A stretch of 64,000 bases of DNA, from NCBI GenBank assembly GCA_965203725.1, contig CBDBDH010000002.1, positions 264,215-328,214 on the forward strand. Reading direction: 5' to 3'. Position 1 is the first letter of the stretch. Every line of letters begins with the position of its first letter. Of this stretch, positions 1 to 9,257 are shown one piece after another. The notes beneath the pieces are model-generated. The model was not told the DNA's origin. It ran no database searches and worked only from the letters and a program-made list of their open reading frames with translations. A program made the translations under genes and the position numbers. Origin of the DNA: Gammaproteobacteria bacterium (GTDB taxonomy: Bacteria; Pseudomonadota; Gammaproteobacteria; UBA4575).

Positions 1-261
1 GCCGGCAAGACCGGAACTGCCCAGGTGTTCGGCCTGAAAAGAGACGGAGAGCACCAGGAGTACATCGAGGAAGAGCTCGACGAGAAACTTCGCGATCACG
101 CCCTGTTTATTGCATTTGCCCCTGTAGACAAGCCAAAAATCGCAATTGCCGTGGTGGTGGAAAATGCCGGTGCTGGCGGTGTTGCCGCAGCTCCGGTGGC
201 AAAAGCCGTTTTGGATCATTACCTGCTGGGGAATGAGTATGCACAGCGGGACACCCCGTGA
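1..261 (+). CDS. mrdA: Penicillin-binding protein 2 (peptidoglycan D,D-transpeptidase), C-terminal part; the gene starts upstream of the window
   Basis: The open frame runs from position 1. The translation contains GKTGTAQV and a PBP2-like C-terminus and sits immediately upstream of rodA, the conserved mrdA-mrdB arrangement. Confidence 0.7.
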   Translation, partial: AGKTGTAQVFGLKRDGEHQEYIEEELDEKLRDHALFIAFAPVDKPKIAIAVVVENAGAGGVAAAPVAKAVLDHYLLGNEYAQRDTP

Positions 262-283
262 TTTCTAACCGCGGACACACGGC

Positions 284-1393
284 ATGGCAACACTCGGCAC
301 GATGACGACACAGGAAGGGCGACCGCTGCTCAACCTTGACCCCATTTTAATGGGTGGCCTGGTCGTACTTTGCGGAGCAGGCCTGGCCGTGCTTTACAGT
401 TCTGCAAACAATGACATGGGTGTTGTCCTGCATCAGTTTGGCCATTTCGTCATTGGTTTTATGGTGCTGGTGCTGTTGGCACAAATCCCAAGCAAGCAAC
501 TGTTCCAGTGGTCACCCTGGCTGTATCTGGGAGGTTTGGCATTACTGGTCATGGTGCTGTTCGTGGGATACAGCGGCAAGGGAGCGCAGCGCTGGCTGGA
601 CCTGGGCGTCATTCGTTTCCAGCCATCCGAACTCATGAAGATATTTCTTCCCATGATGATCGCCTGGTATCTCAGCGACAAGCATGTGCCGCCTTCCTTG
701 CGGTATATCGTCGTGGCACTGCTCATGATCGCAGTTCCCGTTTGGCTCATCTTCTTGCAGCCCGACCTGGGTACCGCGCTCCTGGTGTTGAGTCTTGGCT
801 TTTTCGTTGTATTTCTGGCCGGGATCACCTGGCGCCTGCTGGCGGTTTCGGGGGGCCTGATGCTGGCCAGTGTGCCGGCATTTTGGCTTTATCTGCACGA
901 CTATCAGCGGCAGCGGATCATTACCCTGCTGAATCCTGAAAGTGATCCGCTGGGGGCCGGATACCATATCATTCAATCCAAGATCGCACTGGGTTCCGGT
1001 GGCCTGTATGGCAAGGGCTGGCTGAATGGAACACAGTCCCAGCTGGATTTTCTGCCTGAGCGCTCCACGGACTTTGTGTTTGCCGTGTTTGGTGAGGAAT
1101 TCGGCTTTCTGGGGACGGTACTGCTGCTGTTTGTCTACGGGTTTGTGGTGATGCGCGGCCTGAGTATTGCGTCTTATGCGGAGGACACTTACTCGAGGCT
1201 GCTTGCGGGCGGCCTGAGCCTGTCCTTTTTTGTGTATTTCGTGGTGAATATCGGGATGGTCAGCGGTTTGTTGCCGATCGTGGGCGTTCCCTTGCCGTTG
1301 ATCAGCTACGGAGGGACCTCGATGGTCACTATTTTGGCAGCCTTCGGAATACTGATGTCTATTCATTCGAGCCAAAATATGTTTACATCCTGA
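284..1393 (+). CDS. mrdB: Rod shape-determining protein RodA (SEDS family peptidoglycan polymerase)
   Basis: 369-aa polytopic membrane protein with the FtsW/RodA/SpoVE signature, directly after the PBP2 gene. Confidence 0.9.
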   Translation: MATLGTMTTQEGRPLLNLDPILMGGLVVLCGAGLAVLYSSANNDMGVVLHQFGHFVIGFMVLVLLAQIPSKQLFQWSPWLYLGGLALLVMVLFVGYSGKGAQRWLDLGVIRFQPSELMKIFLPMMIAWYLSDKHVPPSLRYIVVALLMIAVPVWLIFLQPDLGTALLVLSLGFFVVFLAGITWRLLAVSGGLMLASVPAFWLYLHDYQRQRIITLLNPESDPLGAGYHIIQSKIALGSGGLYGKGWLNGTQSQLDFLPERSTDFVFAVFGEEFGFLGTVLLLFVYGFVVMRGLSIASYAEDTYSRLLAGGLSLSFFVYFVVNIGMVSGLLPIVGVPLPLISYGGTSMVTILAAFGILMSIHSSQNMFTS

Positions 1394-1396
1394 GCC

Positions 1397-2401
1397 ATGA
1401 GAAAGCTACCGACCGCTGTGTTATCCCTGTGCATTTTTGCAGTCAACCCGGGGCTTGCGAGTGAAAACTATCTGGATCTCGCGGAAGTCAGAAGCTTCAT
1501 CGACGACTTTTCCAAACGGCATCAATACCCAAAATCCTCTCTGACTACCCTGATCGGGAATGTGAAAAAACAGGTTCGGGTGCTGGACGCCATACAACGC
1601 CCGGCAGAGAAGAAAAAGAACTGGCGTGAGTACAGGGAGATCTTTGTCACCGCGAAGCGGATCAACGAAGGTTTGCAATTCTGGGCCCAGAATGCCGTTA
1701 TCTTAGAAGCTGCAGAGAAGCGGTTTGGCATTCCCCCTGAAATCATAGTGGCCATCATCGGGGTCGAGACATTCTATGGACGATACAAGGGCGTATACCC
1801 GGTTCTTGATTCGCTTGTCACGCTGGGATTTGAATATGAACCGCGCAAGAAGTTTTTCCGCAGCGAGCTGGAGCATTTTCTCCTGCTGACAAAAGAAGAG
1901 GCACTGGATCCTTCCACCATCAAAGGTTCGTATGCAGGGGCCATGGGCAAAAGCCAGTTTATTTCAAGCAGTTACCGCAGATACGCGGTCGATTTTGACG
2001 AAAACGGCAAACGGGATTTGTGGGACAGCAATGCAGATGCCATCGGCAGTGTAGCCAACTACCTCAAGGAACATGGGTGGCAGATGGATCAGCCTGTCAC
2101 TTTCCCGGTCACCGTGGAGGGGGACCGGTACAAGGCGCTTTTAAAGAAGGGGCTCAAACCCGCTGCCCCGGTAGTCGAATTGTCGCACTACGGCGTCAAG
2201 CTGCGCGACGATTTGCCTGTGAAGGAAGGCGAGGTCGCACTGCTGGAATTCAAAAAGGACAACTCCACTGAATACTGGGTGGGGCTGAACAACTTCTATG
2301 TGATCACCCGCTACAACCACAGTTCCATGTACGCAATGGCTGTGTACCAATTAAGCCAACAGGTCAAACAGGGATTTAAAGACTACGTTGCTCAGAACTG
2401 A
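1397..2401 (+). CDS. mltB: Lytic murein transglycosylase B-like
   Basis: 334 aa with a signal peptide and MltB/Slt35-family similarity (EVRSFIDDF..., GVETFYGRY motif region). Confidence 0.8.
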   Translation: MRKLPTAVLSLCIFAVNPGLASENYLDLAEVRSFIDDFSKRHQYPKSSLTTLIGNVKKQVRVLDAIQRPAEKKKNWREYREIFVTAKRINEGLQFWAQNAVILEAAEKRFGIPPEIIVAIIGVETFYGRYKGVYPVLDSLVTLGFEYEPRKKFFRSELEHFLLLTKEEALDPSTIKGSYAGAMGKSQFISSSYRRYAVDFDENGKRDLWDSNADAIGSVANYLKEHGWQMDQPVTFPVTVEGDRYKALLKKGLKPAAPVVELSHYGVKLRDDLPVKEGEVALLEFKKDNSTEYWVGLNNFYVITRYNHSSMYAMAVYQLSQQVKQGFKDYVAQN

Positions 2402-3293
2402 ACCTTTTAGGCTCGCAGCCTGTTTCGTCAATGCATGGCTCTTTGTCCTGCTGGCCTCGGGACAGGTAGCCTGTACATCAAAAAAACACGTGGCGGCGGT
2501 ATCCGTGATCCCGCCCGTGTCAAAAGCAACCCCACGCGGGTTGCCCCCGGACCCGATCCCCAAGGCTGAGCCACGCAGTCGCTACGGCAACCCTCCGTCC
2601 TACACGGTACTCGGCAAGCGCTACCACACGCTGTCCACGAGCAAGGGCTTTACCGAGCGCGGCATTGCCTCCTGGTATGGCAAAAAATTCCATGGCCGGC
2701 GCACTTCCAGCGGTGAGACCTATGACATGTACGCCATGACGGCCGCGCACACCCGCTTGCCGTTGCCAACCTACGTCCAGGTTACCAACCTGGAAAATGG
2801 CAAACAGGTGATCGTGCGTGTAAACGACCGTGGACCTTTTCATCAGAACAGGGTGATTGATTTGTCGTATTCGGCAGCAAGAAAACTCGATATGGCCACG
2901 AAGGGGACCAGCCTAGTGGAAATTCGTGCACTCGATCCATTACACTACCCGCTGGCACAAAAATCTGGAACAAAAGCCACACGAAATACTGATACTGAAA
3001 AGACCGAAAGTACAGCGACCTGGACTCAGAAGTCGGATCAGCAGATCATCCATGGAAGGCCAAAAGTATTTGTACAAGTGGGCGCCTTCAGCAAACGCAC
3101 AAGTGCGGATCAGCTGTTAAACCAACTTCGCAATCTCAATCTCGGGGATATCTCCGTGTCTTCAGTAATGAGGGACACAGGGCAGCTTCATCGGGTTCGA
3201 ATCGGCCCACTGCCTACGGTTCAGTCTGCCGACGCCACCTTTTCCAGACTCACTGGCATGGGTATGAGGGAACACCGGGTTGTAATTGAGTGA
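2388..3293 (+). CDS. rlpA: Septal ring lytic transglycosylase RlpA (DPBB domain plus C-terminal SPOR domain)
   Basis: SWYGKKFHGRRTSSGETYDMYAMTAAHTRLPLPTYVQVTNLENGKQVIVRVNDRGPF is a classic RlpA double-psi beta-barrel. A C-terminal SPOR-like segment is present (VFVQVGAFSKRTSADQL). It overlaps the mltB stop by 14 nt. Confidence 0.85.
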   Translation: MLRTEPFRLAACFVNAWLFVLLASGQVACTSKKHVAAVSVIPPVSKATPRGLPPDPIPKAEPRSRYGNPPSYTVLGKRYHTLSTSKGFTERGIASWYGKKFHGRRTSSGETYDMYAMTAAHTRLPLPTYVQVTNLENGKQVIVRVNDRGPFHQNRVIDLSYSAARKLDMATKGTSLVEIRALDPLHYPLAQKSGTKATRNTDTEKTESTATWTQKSDQQIIHGRPKVFVQVGAFSKRTSADQLLNQLRNLNLGDISVSSVMRDTGQLHRVRIGPLPTVQSADATFSRLTGMGMREHRVVIE

Positions 3294-3329
3294 GCACTGC
3301 ATACGAGCAGTTATTGGAGAACAAAAGGT

Positions 3330-4466
3330 TTGATGAAGCTTAAAACAGTGATCTCGATTCTGGGGCTGCTATTTGTCTGCATGTCCGTGCATGCAAAACC
3401 GTTCCCGATTCCTGCAGCTCCGAAATTCGGGGCATCCAGCTACATACTGATGGATTTTGCAAGCGGAAGTGTGTTGGTGGATCACAATTCGAAAGCGCGT
3501 GTAGAGCCCGCAAGCATCACAAAAATAATGACCGCCTATGTCGTGTACCATGCCCTGCAAAGAGGTGATGTGCGCCTGGACGATCAGGTTTTTGTCAGCG
3601 AGAAAGCTTGGCGCAGCATCGGTTCCAGGACCTTTGTCGACGTAGGAAGCAGGGTTTCCCTTGAAGACCTGCTGCTGGGCATGGTTGTACAGTCAGGCAA
3701 CGACGCCAGCATAGCGCTGGCTGAACATATTGCCGGAACTGAAGAGAGTTTCACGAGCATGATGAATGCCTACGCAGCTCAATTGGGCCTTGAGGACACC
3801 AGCTTCGTCAATGCAACGGGCCTGCCGGAGCCCAAGCATTACACGACCGCTTATGACATTGCCTTGCTTTCCCGCGCGATGATCAGGGAATTTCCACAAG
3901 AATATCAACGCTACGCGCAAAGGGAATTCACTTACAACGATATCAAGCAATACAATCGAAACCGTTTGCTTTGGCGTGACGATGCTGTAGACGGCATCAA
4001 AACCGGGTTTACCCGGGCTGCGCGTTACTGCCTGGCCGCCTCGGCCGCTCGCAAGGGCATGCGTTTGATTTCAGTAGTGATGGGCACAGACAGTCCCCGC
4101 TCCCGCATGGTAAACAGCCAGGCGTTGCTGAATTACGGGTTCAGGCACTACGAATCACACAAGCTGTACCAGGCAGACCAGGTCCTTGCCGAGCAGCGTA
4201 TATGGCAAGGGGAGTCGAAGCTGACTCCGCTGGGGCTGGATCAGGATCTTTTCGTGGCGATACCCCGTGGTCAATTCGACAATCTGAAAGCTGTCTCACA
4301 GGTTCCGCAGGACATCGTTGCACCGATTGCCAGGGGAGACCGGCTCGGGACGGTCAAGATCAGCTTCAAGGGCGAAGATATTGCCGAAAGGCCGCTCGTT
4401 GCCCTGCAGGCCAACCCGCTCGGGAACATCTGGCGACGCGTCGTGGATTTTTTTGTAAAATTTTGA
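3330..4466 (+). CDS. dacA: D-alanyl-D-alanine carboxypeptidase (PBP5/6 family)
   Basis: Signal peptide, SITK (SxxK) and SGN motifs, and a C-terminal PBP5 domain; 378 aa. Confidence 0.9.
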   Translation: MMKLKTVISILGLLFVCMSVHAKPFPIPAAPKFGASSYILMDFASGSVLVDHNSKARVEPASITKIMTAYVVYHALQRGDVRLDDQVFVSEKAWRSIGSRTFVDVGSRVSLEDLLLGMVVQSGNDASIALAEHIAGTEESFTSMMNAYAAQLGLEDTSFVNATGLPEPKHYTTAYDIALLSRAMIREFPQEYQRYAQREFTYNDIKQYNRNRLLWRDDAVDGIKTGFTRAARYCLAASAARKGMRLISVVMGTDSPRSRMVNSQALLNYGFRHYESHKLYQADQVLAEQRIWQGESKLTPLGLDQDLFVAIPRGQFDNLKAVSQVPQDIVAPIARGDRLGTVKISFKGEDIAERPLVALQANPLGNIWRRVVDFFVKF

Positions 4467-4519
4467 AACTTTCTGCTTTAGATGTGAATCAGGTTCCCGC
4501 TTTCTTAAATGGAGAGTAC

Positions 4520-5353
4520 ATGCCGCTTGAGGCATGCCGTGTCTCGCCGCTGGACCGTGGTTTCGTATTCGGCGATGCGGTATATGAACTGATCCCTGCT
4601 TATGCGCATCGCGCTTTTTGCCTGCCGCAGCACCTGGCAAGGCTTGAGCGAAGCCTGGGGCAGGTCCGCATTCAGGATCCCTATACACGGACACAGTGGG
4701 AAACCATGATTGGAAATCTCATCCAGCAATCGCAGAGTGGCGATCTGGCCGTTTACATCCAGGTGACCCGGGGGGTTGCCACACGAGATCACCCGTTCCC
4801 CGAAAATGCGGTTCCGACGGTGTTCGCCATGGCAAATCCGCTACCCGGCATTGCCGATGAGGCACTGCAAAACGGGGTTGCGCTGATCACGGTCAAGGAT
4901 ATTCGCTGGCAACGCTGCGACATCAAGGTGACAGGATTGCTGGCCAACATTCTGGCCAAGCAAGATGCATTGCAGTCCTCGGCCTCCGAAGCAATTCTGG
5001 TTCGCGACGGTTTTGCCTTGGAAGGCAGCGCCAGCAACCTGTTCGTCGTACGCGAAGGCATGGTCCACACGCACCCCAGGGACAATCAGATTCTGCCTGG
5101 CATAACACGCGACTTCGTTCTGGAATTGCTGACTGAGCTGGGGCTGGAATACCGCGAACAGGCGATTCCTGAAGAATGGCTATACTCGGCGGATGAGGTC
5201 TGGATCACAAGTTCTGCAAGAGAAGTCCTGCCCGCTGCAAAAATTGACCGGCATGTTGTAGGGAAAGGAGTTCCCGGAGAGCTTTGGAGGGACGTTTATG
5301 CGCTGTACCAGAAAAGGAAAGCATCCAACGGAGTGCGCTCTCAAGGTTCGTGA
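4520..5353 (+). CDS. Class IV (fold type IV) aminotransferase, D-amino-acid transaminase or aminodeoxychorismate-lyase-like
   Basis: ATG at 4520 is preceded by GGAGAG. The product MPLEACRVSPLDRGFVFGDAVYELIPAY... is typical of D-amino-acid or branched-chain aminotransferase family IV. The ORF-track version (from 4202) is an upstream read-through extension overlapping the dacA 3' end. Confidence 0.7.
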   Translation: MPLEACRVSPLDRGFVFGDAVYELIPAYAHRAFCLPQHLARLERSLGQVRIQDPYTRTQWETMIGNLIQQSQSGDLAVYIQVTRGVATRDHPFPENAVPTVFAMANPLPGIADEALQNGVALITVKDIRWQRCDIKVTGLLANILAKQDALQSSASEAILVRDGFALEGSASNLFVVREGMVHTHPRDNQILPGITRDFVLELLTELGLEYREQAIPEEWLYSADEVWITSSAREVLPAAKIDRHVVGKGVPGELWRDVYALYQKRKASNGVRSQGS

Positions 5354-5972
5354 TTTGGGGATACGGGAATATCTTCCCGTGTATGAAAGCATGCGCAGGT
5401 TCAATACCAGGCGCAGTACAGCCACTGCCGATGAATTCTGGTGTCTGCAGCATGCGCCTGTCGTCACGCTGGGGGCAAATTCCAGCCAAACGCACATTCA
5501 TCCCGGAATGGATGTGCCCGTGGTGTGCACGGACCGGGGCGGACAGGTCACCTACCATGCCCCGGGCCAGGCCGTGATCTACCTGCTGGTTGACCTTCGT
5601 CGAAAGGCCCTCGGTATCCGGAAGTTCGTACACCACATAGAGCAGGCCGTGGTTGACCTGCTGGCTGGCCACCAGGTTTTGGCATTTGCCCGAACCGATG
5701 CCCATGGCGTATACATAGGGGATGCAAAAGTTGCCTCGCTCGGTCTGAGGGTCAGTGGTGGCTGCAGTTACCATGGTGTAGCGCTCAATGTCGATATGGA
5801 CCTGGGTCCGTTTTCCCGCATGGATCCATGCGGATTCCCGGGGCAAGCCGTCACGCAGTTAAAAGACCATGGGATCGAGTCCAGCTGTCAGCAGATTCAT
5901 GCGGAATTGGCAATGCAATTGTGTGAACATCTCGATTACAAGAAAACGGACATAGAAACCATTGGCCAGTAA
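5298..5972 (+). CDS. lipB: Lipoyl(octanoyl) transferase LipB
   Basis: LipB family ([19 protein letters not shown]..., [14 protein letters not shown]). The start is uncertain because the first ATG overlaps the preceding gene by 56 nt. Confidence 0.8.
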   Translation: MRCTRKGKHPTECALKVRDLGIREYLPVYESMRRFNTRRSTATADEFWCLQHAPVVTLGANSSQTHIHPGMDVPVVCTDRGGQVTYHAPGQAVIYLLVDLRRKALGIRKFVHHIEQAVVDLLAGHQVLAFARTDAHGVYIGDAKVASLGLRVSGGCSYHGVALNVDMDLGPFSRMDPCGFPGQAVTQLKDHGIESSCQQIHAELAMQLCEHLDYKKTDIETIGQ

Positions 5973-6909
5973 GTCGCATCTAGCAAAACTTGGCGTGAAA
6001 CGGCGCGGAAGTGAAAAGGTCATTCATATTCCGGTCAAGCTGGAAGAGCCTTTGCAACACCTTCCGAAACCCGCGTGGCTTCGCGTGCGTGCGCCGACCG
6101 CCAAGGTAAAAACCCTGAAGAGACTGCTGAGAGAGCAGAAGCTGCACACGGTATGCGAGGAGGCCTCATGTCCAAACCTGACCGAGTGTTTCAGTCATGG
6201 CACGGCCACATTCATGATCATGGGGGATATCTGCACCCGCCGCTGTCCTTTTTGTGACGTGGCGCATGGCAGGCCGCTGGCCCTGGATGAGCAAGAGCCT
6301 GAACACCTGGCCCAGGCCATTGGGCATATGGGACTTCGCTATGTGGTCATTACATCCGTTGACCGCGATGATCTGCATGACGGGGGAGCCAGCCATTTCG
6401 TGAAGTGCATGCAGCGTATACGCGAGTGCTGTACAGAAACCAAAGTGGAAATTCTTGTGCCTGACTTTCGCGGACGCCTGGACCGTGCACTGCAAATTTT
6501 GTCACGGCAACCTGCAGACGTGTTCAATCATAACCTGGAAACTGTCCCGCGCCTGTATCCTTACGCCCGGCCCGGTGCGGATTACCGGCATTCACTGAAA
6601 TTGCTGCACGAATACAAAAAACAACACCCGCATACCCCTACAAAATCGGGCTTGATGCTGGGTCTGGGTGAGCGTACGGAGGAAGTGGTTGAGGTGATGA
6701 GGGATTTGCGTGCACATGAAGTAGACCGGCTTACCCTGGGACAATATCTGCAGCCAAGCCGCCATCACTTGCCCGTGCAACGCTATCTTGATCCAGGGGA
6801 GTTCGATCGGTTACGTCGCGTCGGTGAAGACCTGGGCTTCTGTCATGTGGCAAGCGGCCCGCTGGTCCGCTCCTCTTATCATGCAGATATTGAGGCGTAC
6901 GGGCACTGA
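5962..6909 (+). CDS. lipA: Lipoyl synthase LipA (radical SAM)
   Basis: [13 protein letters not shown] and the [10 protein letters not shown] cysteine clusters; 315 aa. Confidence 0.95.
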   Translation: MASKSHLAKLGVKRRGSEKVIHIPVKLEEPLQHLPKPAWLRVRAPTAKVKTLKRLLREQKLHTVCEEASCPNLTECFSHGTATFMIMGDICTRRCPFCDVAHGRPLALDEQEPEHLAQAIGHMGLRYVVITSVDRDDLHDGGASHFVKCMQRIRECCTETKVEILVPDFRGRLDRALQILSRQPADVFNHNLETVPRLYPYARPGADYRHSLKLLHEYKKQHPHTPTKSGLMLGLGERTEEVVEVMRDLRAHEVDRLTLGQYLQPSRHHLPVQRYLDPGEFDRLRRVGEDLGFCHVASGPLVRSSYHADIEAYGH

Positions 6910-6989
6910 ACCCAGGGTCGATTTGCCGGACTGTTAAGTGACCAGGGCTTGAACCTGCGCCGAAGCGCTCGGGGATTCATCCGCCGGGG

Positions 6990-7664
6990 TCAGCCCGCAC
7001 CGTGATTCTGCAAGTGTCGCTCGGCTTCGCGAAGCCGTTCGGGGGTGCCAATGTCAAACCATGTCCCGGCATAATGTTCGGCACTTGCTTTTTCCTGGCC
7101 AATGGCAGAATGCAGGACGGGTGCCAGGGCGGTTTGCCCAACTGCTTGTTTCTCGAACAGCTCCGGCTTGTAGATACCGATGCCACTGAAGGTCAGAAAA
7201 CTCCCCCCCGCACTGCACGCCCTGCCGGATTCGCAGGCAAAGTCACCACTCGGGTGGTGTGCAGGGTTATCTACCAGCACCAGATGCGCCATGTCATGCA
7301 CCAGGCTGGGAAAGGAAAGAGGGTGGTCGCACCAGATATCACTGCTGATTACCAGAAACGGCTTGTCTCCCAGAAGCGGCAGGGCATGAACAATTCCTCC
7401 TGCTGTCCCTAACGGCTGTTCCCCTTCATGGGAATACTCGATGTGTACCCCGTAGCGTCCGCCATCCCCGAGCTTTCGCTGGATCATGTCTCCCAGATAG
7501 GAAAGATTGATGACGATTTCCCTGTGACCCGCGGATTCGAGCCTCGCCAGGTGATGTTCGATCAGGGATTTGCCCGCAAGCTTGATCAGAGGTTTCGGGA
7601 TTTGTTGAGTGAGAGGGCGCATTCGCTCCCCCAGGCCCGCGGACAACAGCATGCACTTCATCAT
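6990..7664 (-). CDS. murU: N-acetylmuramate alpha-1-phosphate uridylyltransferase-like nucleotidyltransferase (MurU)
   Basis: N-terminal LSAGLGERMRPLTQQIPKPL sugar-nucleotidyltransferase motif; immediately downstream of an AmgK-like kinase. Confidence 0.65.
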   Translation of the reverse strand: MMKCMLLSAGLGERMRPLTQQIPKPLIKLAGKSLIEHHLARLESAGHREIVINLSYLGDMIQRKLGDGGRYGVHIEYSHEGEQPLGTAGGIVHALPLLGDKPFLVISSDIWCDHPLSFPSLVHDMAHLVLVDNPAHHPSGDFACESGRACSAGGSFLTFSGIGIYKPELFEKQAVGQTALAPVLHSAIGQEKASAEHYAGTWFDIGTPERLREAERHLQNHGAG

Positions 7665-7666
7665 GA

Positions 7667-8644
7667 TCAGAAAATTACCTTTTCATCGATGAAGTCAGCC
7701 AGCTCATGGGTCTCCGGGTACTTTGGTGCAACGGATTTGATATACCCCAGGGTGCGGGGAATATCCTTGAGGTAACCCGGCTTTTTGTCACGCAGGTTAA
7801 GGCGCGCAAAGATTCCGATGGCCTTCAAATGTCGCTGGACCCCCATCAGGTCAAACCACTTCAGAAAGGTTTCGTCGCTGATGCGGGAAACGATGTTTTT
7901 TTCTGCAAGCCTGTCCCGGTACTTGAGTGCCCAGGCCTGCACGCGTTCATGGGGCCATTGAATGTAGCAGTCACGCAGTAATGAGACTGCATCATAGGTG
8001 AGTGGCCCGCAAACGGCATCCTGGTAATCGATAATGCCGGGCCAGTCCGTGTCGATTTTCATCAGATTGCGCGAATGGTAATCCCGATGAACGAAAACCT
8101 GTGGCTGTTCCAGCGCGTTGTTTTTCAGGTGCGCAAAGGCACGCCGTAAAATCTGCAAACTGGAATCCGACAGCTTGACATCGAGGAGCTGGACCAGGAA
8201 CCACTGCTGAAACAGCTCCATTTCCTGCAACAGCAGTTCCCGGCTGTATCTGGGCAGGCTGTCAGCGGAGACCTGCTGGATAACGGTCAGTGCTTCGAGT
8301 GCATCGCTGTACAGCTTGTCGGCATTTTCTGCATCGAGAATGTCCAGCAGCAGTGTATTGCCGAAGTCGTCCAGCAGGAAATATCCGGCATCCATGAAAC
8401 TGTAGTGGACATGGGGCACAGGCAGGCCTTCGGCTTCCAGCAGATGCGTTACCGTGGCAAAGGCCTCGTTCGACTCTTTTTCAGGTGGGGCATCAACAGC
8501 TATATACTGTCCCTGTTCAGACGAGAGCCTGAAGTACCGCCTGAAGCTTGCATCTTCAGAGGCCGGCTCAAGTGTGTACGGGACATCTCCGAATATCCCC
8601 TTGATCCATTCATGTAGCTGGGCGAGACGCGGGTCGGGATCCAT
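7667..8644 (-). CDS. amgK: Anomeric MurNAc/GlcNAc kinase AmgK-like (aminoglycoside-phosphotransferase fold)
   Basis: APH-fold kinase with VHRDYHSRNLM catalytic motif; paired with murU as in Pseudomonas cell-wall recycling bypass. Confidence 0.65.
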   Translation of the reverse strand: MDPDPRLAQLHEWIKGIFGDVPYTLEPASEDASFRRYFRLSSEQGQYIAVDAPPEKESNEAFATVTHLLEAEGLPVPHVHYSFMDAGYFLLDDFGNTLLLDILDAENADKLYSDALEALTVIQQVSADSLPRYSRELLLQEMELFQQWFLVQLLDVKLSDSSLQILRRAFAHLKNNALEQPQVFVHRDYHSRNLMKIDTDWPGIIDYQDAVCGPLTYDAVSLLRDCYIQWPHERVQAWALKYRDRLAEKNIVSRISDETFLKWFDLMGVQRHLKAIGIFARLNLRDKKPGYLKDIPRTLGYIKSVAPKYPETHELADFIDEKVIF

Positions 8645-8757
8645 TTTACGTGTCCAGGCAGGGGTGCAGTTCCAGGCAGCAACCGGATAGTCTGGGGTCA
8701 GGTTCCAAAGCCTCTGGTTTTGGCAAGGCCCGTCACCGCGTCTGGTGCATGCGGCAA

Positions 8758-9165
8758 TTACAGCAGGCTTACATTTTCAGCCTGGGGCCCTTTTGCACCT
8801 TGCACGACATCCATGGAAACTTTCTGACCCTCACGCAGTGATCTGCGGCCATTGCTGACGATAGACTTGTGATGTACAAAAACGTCTTCACCATTTTCCT
8901 GCTCAATAAAGCCAAAACCTTTCTTGTAGTTAAACCACTTGACAGTACCTCGGGCCTGCCGGGATGTAGTCTTTGGCTTGGCGTTTCTCCGGGCTCTCGT
9001 TCCGATGTTGCGGACCAGGCTGATCAATGCAGGTACGGCAAGGATAAACGCAATTACCAGTCCCCCGAAAATCAATAACTGGGCAGTGTCGCCGTCAATC
9101 AGGATAGCCAGTGCTATACCTGCCATGACACCCAGACTGATCAATATGGTGGGACGGATTTTCAT
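8758..9165 (-). CDS. Membrane-anchored cold-shock-domain protein (two N-terminal TM helices plus C-terminal CSD)
   Basis: C-terminal [30 protein letters not shown] is a canonical CspA-type CSD (RNP1-like KGFGFI). The N-terminal 60 aa form two hydrophobic helices. Confidence 0.6.
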   Translation of the reverse strand: MKIRPTILISLGVMAGIALAILIDGDTAQLLIFGGLVIAFILAVPALISLVRNIGTRARRNAKPKTTSRQARGTVKWFNYKKGFGFIEQENGEDVFVHHKSIVSNGRRSLREGQKVSMDVVQGAKGPQAENVSLL

Positions 9166-9257
9166 GACACGTAATTTCTCCTGAGATCAGCTATAGGGGC
9201 TCAGTACTGGCAGTTCAATACCGCAGTTCGTACTGTGCATGATACCTGCCGCAATGT

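Noticed and set aside
542-1375. 277-aa minus-strand ORF fully inside rodA, and the similar antisense or overlapping long ORFs listed under why_rejected
   Set aside because: High-GC genomes yield long stop-free antisense frames. Each lies entirely within a gene with a strong family match on the other strand and has no start-site signals or recognisable domains of its own. The other ORFs in this class are 15659..16270, 20046..21179, 24368..25927, 27072..27998, 28830..29879, 30608..32230, 33969..35483, 45822..47405, 59684..60751 and 61672..62424.
4202-4519. N-terminal 106-aa extension of the aminotransferase ORF
   Set aside because: It overlaps the dacA 3' end in another frame. A clean ATG with a GGAGAG ribosome-binding site at 4520 begins the conserved class-IV aminotransferase sequence.
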